NCBI RefSeq assembly: GCF_006345805.1
Contig: NC_043010.1
Span: 7,564,001 to 7,628,000 of the forward strand
Direction of reading: 5' to 3'
DNA length: 64,000 bases
Source: Octopus sinensis
Taxonomy: Eukaryota
Shown here: positions 1 through 12,191 of the stretch, in pieces
How positions within the stretch are numbered: position 1 is the first letter of the stretch
Layout of the letters: each line of letters begins with the position of its first letter
Notes under the pieces: generated by a model
Databases searched by the model: none
Told to the model about the DNA's origin: nothing
The model's input: only the letters and a program-made list of their open reading frames with translations
Translations under genes and position numbers: made by a program

Positions 1-337
1 ATACATATATATTATATATATACATATATATATATAACACACACACATATATTATCTATATGCATATATATATGTATATATATTCATATTTATATATATA
101 TGTAAAAATGCATACATACATACATACATACATATCTTAAGAAATTAAGCTTCTTGAAACCAGAAAGGAGAAAACTGATTTGAAGACTACAGATCCAAAC
201 CATCCCTAGAACAGTAAAAATCGGTAAAATTTTCCAGAAGTTTATCATTTAAGTATATCCGAGCATATCTAGACCTGCGACTATATGCATGAGAATACAT
301 AAAACAAAACATACAAACCTGCACATATACATTCATA

Positions 338-914
338 CAGGGTGAACCCCACCCAAAAAAGAAAAAAACAGAACCCATAAAAATTTTATTAAATCTTACA
401 AAGGTGCAGCAACTTTGGACTTAAACTTCTGTCTGTGTACAATTATTCTCCTTGCATAAAAGTCATGCTCTTTTCAAAATCTATTCCAAATGGCATATAT
501 CATGCAACTACTTGCATACGTCACGCAAAATTGTCAATTACTCGATCACGTTCCTCTTTGAGGATTTCCCTGGTTTCTGCTGCGATTGCTGCCTTCAGTT
601 CACCAATCATTTGAGGGTTGTTCTGGCAAGCATTATCCTTGAGATACTCCCCACAGATAAAAATCGAGGGTGGGGAAGGTGGTTCAAGTCTGGTGAATGC
701 GGTGTCCACTCAGTGTTACACTTCCTGCTGATCAGTCTCTCCTGAAATCACTCTCTCAACCAGGCTAGGGAGTCATTTGATGTGTGTGGAGTGGCCCTTC
801 TCTTGCTGGAACCACTGTTTCTCTCGATCTATCCTTCTGCATCGTTTTATTCAAATGGTTTTATGCAAAGATTTGTGGGTTCTGTTTTGTTTTTTCGGGG
901 TGAGGGTCACCCTG
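338..914 (-). mobile_element. Internally deleted Tc1/mariner-superfamily transposon, rosa/DD41D-like, with both TIRs
   Basis: TIRs CAGGGTGA(A)CCC...CAGAACCCA at 338 and TGGGTTCTG...GGGTCACCCTG ending 914, with TA on both sides. The minus strand encodes a broken catalytic C-terminus, QWFQQ.GATPHTSNDSLAWLRE*FQERLISRKCNTEWTPHSPDLN...YLKDNACQNNPQMIGELKAAI. About 41 aa separate the 2nd and 3rd catalytic positions. Confidence 0.85.
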
Positions 915-1036
915 TACATACATACAAAAATACCCTGTTGTTGATGATGAAATTCCCAAGAAAGAGCCTTGGATCTAGATTAGAAACTGACTCTTTTTCT
1001 ATTGACAAGAAATCTTGAAATAAAACTGAATAATGA

Positions 1037-1094
1037 CATACATACATACATACATACATACATACATACATGCATGCATGCATGCATACATACA

Positions 1095-1128
<34 letters not shown>

Positions 1129-1178
1129 CATACATACATGCATGCATACATACATATATACATACATGCATACATACA

Positions 1179-1212
<34 letters not shown>

Positions 1213-1414
1213 CATACATACATGCATGCATACATACATACACACATGCATACATACATATATACATACATACATACATGCATGCATGCATACATACATA
1301 CATATATACATACATGCATACATACATACATACATACATACATACATACATACATACATACATACATACATACATGCATACATATATACATACATACATA
1401 CATGCATACATACA

Positions 1415-1445
<31 letters not shown>
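1037..1445. repeat. (CATA)n microsatellite
   Basis: Direct reading. It explains the overlapping YIHT/MYVC ORFs. Confidence 0.97.
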
Positions 1446-1446
<1 letters not shown>

Positions 1447-1518
1447 AGTGGAACTGGAGTACACTTATTTGCAACTCTTTTATTATGCTCTTTTCTTTCC
1501 CCTGTATTCCTCCTCCTC

Positions 1519-1554
<36 letters not shown>

Positions 1555-3651
1555 TTTTCCTTGCAATGTTAGCAATATTTGAACCACAGCATATGTTGCA
1601 GACAGGTAAATAATGTCCTTCTAAATGTTAACTGTAGTAAGGCAGTATTGGACTGATGATGTACAATAAGGGAGCAGGGAACTAAGTTTAACCTTTCTTG
1701 TTAAAACTATATTGCAACACAAAGAACTAAACTAAGGCCTGCTTATTGTTCTGAGTATTTAAGTTGGAAGTGTACTTAACAAATTAGTGTACTTAAGAAA
1801 TTATTTAATATTCTTGTAGTCCATGTAAAGTTTATGGTTCTTTTAGGATACACAGAAGGAGATGCTGAAATGTTCCTGGCTCTGGATAAAAGAAAATACA
1901 GGAAGATCACTTAATTATGATTTTATTGAACATATTCCCCTCTCAGATTCAAACGCTTGTTGCAGTGGCCCTTCAGTTTTTCAAAATCCTGTAAAAGAAC
2001 TCAAAGGATCAGGCCCTCAACCAGGCTTTTCACATTACCCTTAAAGCTGGAAACCTTTCAGCACCCACTCATATTTTATTCAACTAATCTTTAACTCAAA
2101 AATTAATCTTTTTGTTTTCAATAAACGAATCATATCTTTTGTTTGCATTTAAATTATTTTTGTAAGTTCTTGATATTTTAGCATTTTTTGTTTGTTCAAT
2201 TTTCAATAATGATTAAGACACCTATATAAATAACTTTGACACAGCTTTTGTTTGTGTACAGTATCAAAGTATATTTCTTAAAATTCTTGTGTTCTTTTAT
2301 CAAAGAAATGCCCTGTCTAAGATACTGAAATACGTTTTACTTCACAGCACATAAGCTTATTTTATTTTATAAATTCTATTAATACAAATATCTTTCTTGT
2401 TGTTACCTATGATCCAACATAGAAAGACATTGCAAATGCTGTATCAAGTAACATTAGTCCTTTCTATGTCACAAGTCACAAAAGCTTTCAATCGCATTTA
2501 CTGCCAAATACTAATGAATCTATATATTACCTGAGAGATTTCCACACGTGAAAGTAACTTTCTTAACACTATAACCCAGTTTATCAATTCCAATACTCTA
2601 AGTCATGAATATTATAAGAATTTAAAGAACTCAAGAAAAATAAATTCATAATTCAATGAGAAGGTAGCTTCATCTGATATAAAAATATTTGTCTAAAAAC
2701 ACTTTGAACAAAAGGTAAAAATTATTGATTTTTTTTTCTCTTTTTTTTTTATGTAGACACAAGGCCTTGAATTGTTAAAATAAGAAAAATACGATTGTAT
2801 GACATAGATGCCTTTCTCAAGGGCATTAGAGATGTTTTAACATAACATAAGATTTAACACAGGATCAATAAACATCTGCTGGTTCTCAATTTTGATGTAT
2901 CTATAAAACTTCGCCATGAAATATTTTCGGTAGAAAAACAAAATAACACACACATATACACACACACTATATATATGTGTGTGTGTGTGTGTATGTGTGT
3001 GTGTAATTCTCAGTCTTCAAATGTATGGATGAATATATCATCGCCGTCATTGTCATTGCAACTAACCTTTAATACTTTTATCCAATTGCGAGCAAGGAGA
3101 GCTTCGTAGACTAGATAGCAAGTTCCTGGCAAAAATAATTCATATCTTATTTTTCAATTCTTCGATTTAACCATTTTCACTTCATTTACATCACTAATAC
3201 TCTATAGAAAGGCATGAAGACAATTTCATTTCACTTCCCTTATAAATATGAAGAATTGTAACAATGTGAGAAATCAATATTCACTCGCCTGAAGCCACAG
3301 CACAACTCTTCCATCTATTTCCAGGTAATATATTCTATGTATTAGAAAAGCTATAGCAATGAATGTATTTATATTTTCTACTCTAAGTCTAATTTTCCTT
3401 ATAGAAATGATAAAATTATGCTGTGGCTCAAACTTTGTATACAATAAAAGATCCCAAACTTGTATTAAATCAGAGTTGATTCTATAAAAGTATATTGCTT
3501 AACCCCTTTTGTGATTGTATTTTTAATGACAGACACCAATACACATGTAGGCTTAGCTGCATGGTTATGATGTTTGCTTCAGAACCATGGGGCTTTGGGA
3601 TTGCTCCTACTTCATGGCATCTTGGGCGAGTACCTTATATTATAACTCTGA

Positions 3652-4806
3652 AGGCGGTGAGCTGGCAGAATCGTTAGCACGCCAGGTGAAATGCTGAGCG
3701 GTATTTTGTCTGCTGCTACGTTCTGAGTTCAAATTCCGCCGAGGTTGACTTTGCCTTTCATCTTTTCGGGGTCGATAAATTAAGTACCAGTTTCGCACTG
3801 GGGTCGATGTAATTGACTTAATCCCTTTGTCTGTCCTTGTTTGTCCCCTCTATGTTTAGCCCCTTGTGGGTAGTAAAGAAATAGGTATTTCGTCTGCTGT
3901 TACCTTCTGAGTTCAAATTCCACCGAGGTCGACTTTGCCTTTCATCCTTTCGGGGTCAATAAATTAAGTACCAGTTTCGCACTGGGGTCGATGTAATCGA
4001 CTTAATCCCTATGTCTGTCCTTGTTTGTCCCCTATATGTTTAGCCCCTTGTGGGTAGTAAATAAATAGGTATTTCGTCTGCTGCTACATTCTGAGTTCAA
4101 ATTCCGCCGAGGTCGACTTTGCCTTTCATCCTTTCGGGGTCGATAAATTAAGTACCAGTTTCGCACTGGGGTCGATGTAATCGACTTAATCCCTTTGTCT
4201 GTCCTTGTTTGTCCCCTCTATGTTTAGCCCCTTGTGGGTAGTAAATAAATAGGTATTTCATCTGCCGCTACATTCTGAGTTCAAATTCCGCCGAGGTCGA
4301 CTTTGCCTTTCATCCTTTCGGGGTCGATAAATTAAGTACCAGTTTCGCACTGGGGGTGTCGATGTAATCGACTTAATCCCTTTGTCTGTCCTTGTTTGTC
4401 CCCTCTATGTTTAGCCCCTTGTGGGTAGTAAATAAATAGGTATTTCATCTGCCGCTACATTCTGAGTTCAAATTCAGCCGAGGTCGACTTTGCCTTTCAT
4501 CCTTTCGGGGTCGATAAATTAAGTACCAGTTTCGCACTGGGGTCGATGTAATCAACTTAATCCCTTTGTCTGTCCTTGTTTGTCCCCTCTATGTTTAGCC
4601 CCTTGTGGGTAGTAAATAAATAGGTATTTCATCTGCCGCTACATTCTGAGTTCAAATTCAGCCGAGGTCGACTTTGCCTTTCATCCATTCGGGGTTGATA
4701 AATTAAGTACTAGTTTCGCACTGGGGTCGATGTAATCAACTTAATCCCTTTGTCTGTCCTTGTTAGTCCCCTCTATGTTTAGCCCCTTGTGGGTAGTAAA
4801 TAAATA
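3652..4806 (+). mobile_element. tRNA-derived SINE family A: one full copy plus five head-less 184-bp tandem units
   Basis: A-box TGGCAGAATCG, B-box GAGTTCAAATTC, body GCCTTTCATCCTTTCGGGGTCGATAAATTAAGTACCAG (resembles the MetaSINE central domain, from memory). Units restart at GGTATTTC at 3884, 4068, 4252, 4439 and 4623. 16-bp TSD TATATTATAACTCTGA at 3636-3651 and 4807-4822. Nested in a decayed family-B SINE. Confidence 0.93.
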
Positions 4807-4875
4807 TATATTATAACTCTGAGCCAACCAATGCCTTATAAGTGGAATCAGTACTGTATGGGAATATTTGCTCAC

Positions 4876-4914
<39 letters not shown>

Positions 4915-5154
4915 GATTTCCCATGCCTTCATAAACGAAATTTGAAGAGAAGCAGTGATGATGTCTCTATTCTATTTGTAATGGTAAGGTAGTTCAGTGG
5001 TATGTTTCGATGAGTGAGGGACCAGAGGAGTGAAGATACCTCAATTATGAAACAAGTGGAGCTTGGTAAGAAGAAAAGTCGTTCAGCTATAGAAAATCTG
5101 CCTCAATATGTCGTGTATCCCCGATGGATAAACAAACATAAAAAGAACAACATT

Positions 5155-5315
5155 GAAGATGAAGATGATGATGATGATGATGACGGTGGGGATGATGATA
5201 ATGATGGTGATGATGATGATGATGATGATGATGATGACGGTGGAGATGATGATAATGATGGTGATGATGATGATGATGATGATGATGACGATGGTGGAGA
5301 TGATGATAATGATGG

Positions 5316-5363
<48 letters not shown>

Positions 5364-5473
5364 CGATGATGATGATGATGATGATGATGGTTGAGATGAT
5401 GATAATGATGGTGATGATGCTGATGATGGTGATGATGATGATGACGATGGTGGAGATGATGATAATGATGGTG

Positions 5474-5505
<32 letters not shown>

Positions 5506-5557
5506 GACGATGATGATGATGATGATGATGATGGTGGAGATGATGATAATGATGGTG

Positions 5558-5589
<32 letters not shown>

Positions 5590-5638
5590 AACAACGGTGA
5601 CGACAACGACAATGACAACAGCAACAATAACAACTACA

Positions 5639-5672
<34 letters not shown>

Positions 5673-5715
5673 CAATGCTGACAATGATGGGCAGTAGAAA
5701 CGACAACAATAACAG
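5155..5715. repeat. (GAT)n compound microsatellite with higher-order units
   Basis: GAT runs punctuated by a recurring GGTGGAGATGATGATAATGATGGT motif. Confidence 0.95.
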
Positions 5716-6408
5716 CGATAACATTGTATAAATACTGCAATTAATTTTTTTTTTTTAATAATTAAGAATTTGAATGAATTTAAAATAAAAAATAACTAAC
5801 TATGACAAGCTGGTTTGAAACATAAATTAGCAACAATATTCTTGCATAAAATTATAAAGGATGCTTTTAATCTAAATATAAACACTTTAAAATGAATAAT
5901 TATTTTGTATAATAGAAACAGAGCCAGTCTCAGGTGAAATGGTGTCAAAAAGGCTAAAGAGAGTTAGTCATTCAAGTCAGAGACATTTCTAAACTTATAA
6001 GACACATTACGGTAGTTATTTTTCCATAGATCTAAGCTACTGGTGTTAGGCACAAATTAAACATCACTCAGCAGTAATTTGGTTGTTGAGAATTATAACC
6101 GTCATTAAGCTTACTAATACTTTCGAATCGATGCTGTATGTGTACTTTTGCATTATAGAGTTTGGTTGTGTGGTTAAGAAGCTTGCTTTGCAGCTGCATG
6201 GCTTCAGGTTCAGTCCTACTCCGTGGCACATTGGGCAAGAGTCTTCTATTATATCACAGGGCCAACCAGTATCTTGTGAGTGAATCTGCTAGACAGAAAC
6301 TATGTAGAAGCCTGTCATGTATGCATGTAACTTGTCTTCTGAACCTACTAATCCAGTCTCTCTGCAGGTGTTCTATTGTTTTCAGTACAGCGAGAATAGC
6401 ATACAAGG

Positions 6409-6448
<40 letters not shown>

Positions 6449-7589
6449 CAAAATAAGTCCTCTGGACATTACTGCTTTGAATCCCAGTATTCATTGGACT
6501 GGGAACCCATATTCTTCTTGGAGAGAATGCCAGTCCATTTTGGTTCAAGAATGCAACACAAGCACACCACCCAGTTTAGGAATCGAACCCACAGTTGTGC
6601 AATTGTAAGTGCAGCATGTTAACCACTAATCTACATGCTTTCACTAACACACATGGAAATAAGGGCAGAAAGTTAGCCACAGTGCTATATGTGTGGACTT
6701 TATTGAAATGGAGAACTTCAGAGAGTGATTGATGCCTTTCTATATTACAGAACAAAATACATAACAGATTTATTGAGCAATGTAACTCAGCCGAAAATTC
6801 GAAAAATCATAGTGCCTAATTTACATATTTGAGATTTGAATATATAATTAGCTCATTTGCATATTTGATTGGAATTGAATAGGTTGTTAAAAAAAATACT
6901 GCTTAATACAAATAACCAGCATACCAAGTTTTATCAGTGGATACTTACAGAATTCAAGATATTTCATTTATGCATGTTAATTAGCTACACACAATCATTT
7001 ATTGATTACCTATATATTTGCTGATAAAAATTTTCCTGCAGACCGTATTTTCAAAAGTCTGTCATACATATAGGCAATAAATTACACGTTTTGATTTGTT
7101 TATAAGCTAAAACACTTGTGATATGCTTTTTCAGTCAATTTATGTACCAATTTCTTTAAATACAAGGATTTTTAAAAACAGGAAAAAAAAAAAAAAAACG
7201 CCCTAGCTTTTTCTAGTAGTTTCTTTATTTTGAAGTAAGTCCAAAGTATGCTAATTCCAGAAGGAGTTGTCCAATTCTTACATTCTCTTATTCTTTTACT
7301 TGTGTCAGTCACTGATCCCTATCATGCTGGTGGTAGTCCTGGTAGGAGGGTGGTTGATCAAATTAACCCCAGTACTGATTCTTTTTAAACCTGGCGTTTA
7401 TTCTATCAGAAAGGACAAAAACAAACCAACACCTGTTGTCAAATAGTGAGAGACAAATAAAAAAACAAAAATTATACACACACACAAACACACACACACA
7501 CACACACACATGCACTCCCCTGAGGTGTTGTACTGTGGGAGTAAATACAAAGTCTTAAACATACAAACGTGCCTGCATCAATATATACT

Positions 7590-7943
7590 CTATTACTTGT
7601 TTCAGTCATTTGACTGCGGCCATGCTGGAGCACTGCCTTTAGTTGAGCAAATCGACCCCAGGACTTATTCTTTGGAAGCCTAGTACTTATTCTATCGGTC
7701 TCTTATGCCGAACCACTAAGTTACAGGGATGTAAACACACCAGCATCGGTTGTCAAGCGATGTTGGAGGGATAAACACAGACAGGCTTCTTTCAGTTTCT
7801 GCCTACAAAAAAACCATTCACAAGGCTTTGGTCAGCCCGAGGCTATAGTAGAAGACACTTGCCCAAGGTGCCACGCAGTTGGACAGAACCCGGAACCATG
7901 TGGTTGGTAAGCAAGCTACTTACTCCACAGCCACTCCTGCGCC
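7590..7943 (-). mobile_element. SINE family B (tRNA head with CORE-like domain; probably octopus OR2-type)
   Basis: The minus strand reads GGCGCAGGAGTGGCTGTG...GGTTCCGGGTTC...GTGGCACCTTGGGCAAGTGTCTT (CORE-like)...GCTCCAGCATGGCCGCAGTCAAATGACTGAAACAAGTAA. Confidence 0.88.
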
Positions 7944-8316
7944 TATATGTAATATTTTTTCACCAGGCATTGCTGGTTTTGGGTTCAGTTTCCTTGTGTG
8001 GCACATTGAGCAAGTGCCTTCAACTGTAGACTCAGGCTGACTAATGCCTTGCATGGGAATTTGGTCAATGGAAGCTACAAGGAAGTGTGTGTGTGTATAT
8101 ATAATATATATACACACACACATGCACATATATATATACATACATGTTGGCACTCTTAAGTTTCAAGCACAATGCTAGTCATTAGTCATCATGCTTGAAA
8201 CTCAAGAGCACCAATGGATTTGAATCAAACTATTTTGATTCATACATGTAACACCCAATAAATTAGTTGAGTGGCCTTCTTTTGTTTGTCCACTCATTGT
8301 ATATATATATATATAC

Positions 8317-8597
8317 AGAGGATCACAGCTCTTTAACATCCTCCCAAAATGCCTGAGAGACTTGCATGCTGTGGATGTGGGTTTCTTTAAAACTAAACTG
8401 GATCTCTTCTTGTCGGGGGTCCCAGATGAACCTACCTCATGACAGGAGACACAGATGCGGGCAGTGGCATCGAACTCCCTTGTTGACCAAGTGCCACGTA
8501 TCAGACGTGGATTCACATATTAGTGTAGCTCATTCAGCAATGGTGCCCCAGCATGGCCGCGGCCTTCAGGCTAAAACATTTTTAAGGATTTGAGGAT
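8317..8597 (+). mobile_element. 3' end of a CR1-clade-like LINE (ORF2 C-terminus and 3' UTR)
   Basis: The frame from 8317 reads RGSQLFNILPKCLRDLHAVDVGFFKTKLDLFLSGVPDEPTS*QETQMRAVASNSLVDQV, matching the LFN.LP...FK.KLD.FL..PDEP...SNSL.DQ pattern of invertebrate CR1-like ORF2 ends. Tail GGTGCCCCAGCATGGCCGC followed by AGGATTT repeats. Confidence 0.78.
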
Positions 8598-8614
8598 GTT
8601 TATATATATATATG

Positions 8615-8661
<47 letters not shown>

Positions 8662-9119
8662 TGATTGCAAATACTGATAGGGCACAGAAAGTGTGTCAAT
8701 GGCATATTCAGATTGTTTAAAAAATCGATAATAGGGCCCTGAAAGGGATCCTTATATATATCTTATATATTTCATTCCAAAAACTAAGGGAAATAACCCA
8801 TTCACCACTGAAAGGGATCCTTATATATAGCCAAGGGAAATAACCCATTCATTTTCCTAAATTATTTGCTAAAATTGAAATTGAGTAAACTTTGTTTAAA
8901 CTTACATCAGCCCTTAATCGGCAATAATGCTACAGTCTTTATCACCCCAGCTTTTTAACGTTTTTCTTGCTTTTTTGTATATCATGGATAACATTTCCCA
9001 ATGTGTCCTTCCGTACTTTCATCTTTTTAAACATTATTGTGTGATTTGAAAACTTGCCTGCTATTTCCCTCCATTCAAATGACTACAAAAATGTTCTCTC
9101 AGTTAAGTAGGCATGGCTG

Positions 9120-9425
9120 TGAAGAGTAGTAGTAGTAGTGGTGATAGTGCTGGTAGAGACGGCGGTGGTGGTGGTGTCGGCGGTGGTGGCGTTGGCGGCA
9201 GTGGCAGTGTTAGTGGTGGTGGTAATGGCGGGGGCAGTGGTTGTGGTGGTATCAGAGATGGTGGTTGTGATTGTGGTTGTAGCTGTAGTGGTATCAGTGG
9301 TGGAGGTGGTGACAGTGGTGGTGTTGGTTGTAGTCGTGGTGGTATCAATGGTGGTGGTGGTGATGGCAACTGCTGCTGCCACCACAGCAGTGGCAGCAAT
9401 TGTAGTAGTAGTAGTAGTAGTTGTA
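9120..9425. repeat. Degenerate (GGT)/(AGT) trinucleotide tract
   Basis: Direct reading. Confidence 0.9.
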
Positions 9426-9574
9426 TAATCAAGTGTTCCAGCCATGGCCATACAGTCTATATACATATATAGCACCAGAGAGTTCAATGTATCCTACTTA
9501 TTATATTCTAAGATGTAATCTGAGGGAGATTTTAGTGGCCATTTCTAGAGGTTGAGCACTTTTATAAACATACT

Positions 9575-9617
<43 letters not shown>

Positions 9618-9771
9618 TGTTCTGCCTTGGTCAAGGTTGACCTGTGGTTAAACAAAAACCACTTAATTTAGTACCTTAGTTGAAAGATGGGTAAAGTTTT
9701 CATACATACTTGCAAACATACCTACATACATACACATCATATATATATATACAAACACATACACACACATA

Positions 9772-9859
<88 letters not shown>

Positions 9860-9943
9860 GTAGGTCCCGGGTTGATTCGGGGTTAACCACAGTAAATAAG
9901 GTACTCAATACATAGCAGAGTAAAATTAATTTATTATATAGAA

Positions 9944-9998
9944 GGAGCTTCTACAGGACTAGAACTGTTTCATTCAAGAGAAATCTTCAGGAAGCTCC
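9944..9998 (-). ncRNA. Type-I hammerhead ribozyme motif in a Penelope-like pLTR fragment (element ~9860-10056)
   Basis: Minus strand: GGAGCTTC-CTGAAGA-tTTC tctt GAAt-GAAA-CAG ttctagtc CTG-TA-GAAGCTCC. Stem I is 8 bp, stem III is ACAG/CTGT, cleavage triplet GUA. The first pair of stem II is a U-U mismatch. Confidence 0.75.
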
Positions 9999-10177
9999 TG
10001 AAGATTTCTCTTGAATGAAACAGTTCTAGTCCTGTAGAAGCTCCTTCTATATAATATATATATATTATATATATATATTAATATATATATATATATATAT
10101 ATGGAGAGGAGAGAGAGAGAGAGAGAGAGAGCACGATTTTTTCGTGATCAGAGGCGTTCGTAAACCGAGGTTCTACT

Positions 10178-10183
10178 CTATGT

Positions 10184-10223
<40 letters not shown>

Positions 10224-10382
10224 ATGCATGTATGTTTGTATGTATGTATGTATGTATGTGTGTGTGTATGTGTGTATGTATGAATGTGCGTATGTATGTA
10301 TGTATGTACGTACGTATGTATGTGCGTATGTATGTACGTACGTATGCACGTATGTATATATGCATGTATGTATGTATGTATG

Positions 10383-10441
<59 letters not shown>

Positions 10442-10700
10442 GTATGTACGTATGCACGTATGTATATATGCATGTATGTATATATATATATATATATGTC
10501 TGTATGTATGTATGGATGGATGGATGGATGGATGGATGTATACAGGCATGCATGCATGTATGTGTGTGTGTGTATGTACGTATGCACGTATGTATGTACG
10601 TATGTATGTATGCACGTACGTATGTATGCACGCATGTATGTATGTATGTACGTACGTATGTATGTATACATATATGTATAAATGTATGTATACATACACA
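10178..10700. repeat. (TATG)n/(TA)n compound microsatellite
   Basis: Direct reading. Confidence 0.95.
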
Positions 10701-11263
10701 CACCCAACACACATTCACACACGCACACACAAACAAACATAAATATATATGTAAACGCACAGGCAATAATAACGTGCATGCGTGTGTTTTCGATATTCAT
10801 CCGAACACACACACACACGCACGCACATTATATTCAAGCCTGGCTTTTCTAATGTTGCAGCTAGTATCGACACAGTTATTTCCCTTCATTCTAAGCGCAC
10901 TTAACACAATACTTGGTTCTCTTTCTATATCCACTACCGCCAAACAGGTTCAAAGCTTGCACTAAATTCTGATTGTCCTCTACTGAGCTTATTTTTCTGG
11001 CAATATATACAAATATGCTACTAAACTTGGGTTCTTCTGGTAAGAATGCAATTCCTAAATTTATATGCTACAAATGATTGTGATAACTGAGATGAAGAAA
11101 AAAAAAACCCGACAAAACTGCAAGACCTTCTTAAAATTGAACAGATGATGAACAGAACTAGATGCTTTCCTTCATCAGGTGGCTGGTCAAAATTAACAGT
11201 AAATTAAAAAGAGAAAAAGAATATACTTACATACGTACATATGTGCATACGTAAGTACATATA

Positions 11264-11613
11264 CTCTTTTACTGGTTTCAGTCATTTGACTGCGGCCATG
11301 CTGGAGCACCGCCTTTTAGTCGAGCAAATCGACCCCAGGACTTATTCTTTATAAGCCCAGTACTTATTCTATCGGTCTCTTTTGCCGAACTGCTAAGTGA
11401 CAGGGACGTAAACACACCAGCATCGGTTGTCAAGCAATGCTAGAGGGACAAACACACACACACATATATATATACATATATACGACAGGCTTCTTTCAGT
11501 TTCCGTCTACCAAATCCACTCACAAGGCATTGGTCGGCCCGGGGCTATAGCAGAAGACACTTGCCTAAGATGTCACGCAGTGGGACTGAACCCGGAACCA
11601 TGTGGTTGGTTAG
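11264..11613 (-). mobile_element. SINE family B copy
   Basis: Same sequence as 7590-7943, with an internal (CA)/(TA) linker. Confidence 0.88.
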
Positions 11614-11850
11614 CATATATGTACATGTATACATACATACGTACATACATATGTACATACATACATATATACAGACATACATATCTATATACTTTATCAC
11701 AACTAGAATGCATACGATCATAGGTATGCTTGATCAGAGGTTGACCTAGGGCTAAACAAAAAAAAACCCAACAGTATCCTGTCCTTAAACTAAAAGAATC
11801 TGAATAAACATGTATAGGATGACTTTGTCCAGCATGTTCTTTCCTTTGAC

Positions 11851-12191
11851 ATGCTGAGACCCCCTTCGGTCATGACTGACCATGGGATTGCACCTAGAAG
11901 GTTACCCTCCCAGGCACAGGTCCGGGCAAGGTTGTTTACGGAAGACCAACAGTCGCCCATGCATACCAGCCTCCCTTCTCCACGCCACCAGTGTTATCCA
12001 AGGGAAAGGCAAAGGGGCCAATACAGCTTGGCACCTGTGACGCCACAATTCATTTCTACAGCTAAGTGAACTGGGGCAACAGGAAATAAAGTGTCTTGCT
12101 CAAGAACACAACACGCAGCCCGGTCCGGGATTCGAACTCACAACCTCACGATTGTAAGCTCGACGCTCTAACCACGGAGCTATGCGCCTTC
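11851..12191 (-). mobile_element. tRNA-derived SINE family C (full length)
   Basis: Minus-strand head GAAGGCGCATAGCTCCGTGGTTAGAGCG...GAGTTCGAATCCCGG (A/B boxes), body GTGTTCTTGAGCAAGACACTTT, 3' end CATGACCGAAGGGGGTCTCAGCAT. Other copies at 37481, 53252 and 63674. Confidence 0.88.

Noticed and set aside
907-1613. Long ORFs (up to 273 aa) here and at 10078-10965, 25209-25751, 33881-34348, 38342-39053 and 50727-51222
   Set aside because: They are translations of (CATA)n, (TA)n and (CA)n microsatellites, open in several frames on both strands.
1848-2044. Possible terminal exon after TTCTTTTAG (YTEGDAEMFLALDKRKYRKIT* or the 60-aa ORF)
   Set aside because: An acceptor-like site is present, but there is no recognisable protein similarity and no supportable partner exon.
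3652-4806. CRISPR-like regular array
   Set aside because: The units are wholly repeated SINE bodies with no unique spacers. The context is eukaryotic with no cas genes. I also found no hammerhead core in the unit.
5014-5740. Poly-Asp/Met/His/Ser ORFs, and similar ones at 9083-9487, 28690-30541 and 57211-57862
   Set aside because: Trinucleotide tracts that lack stops by composition. No splice or domain context.
12120-12191. tRNA gene-like A/B boxes, also seen in the other SINE heads
   Set aside because: They continue directly into SINE bodies repeated across the window, so they are not stand-alone tRNA genes.
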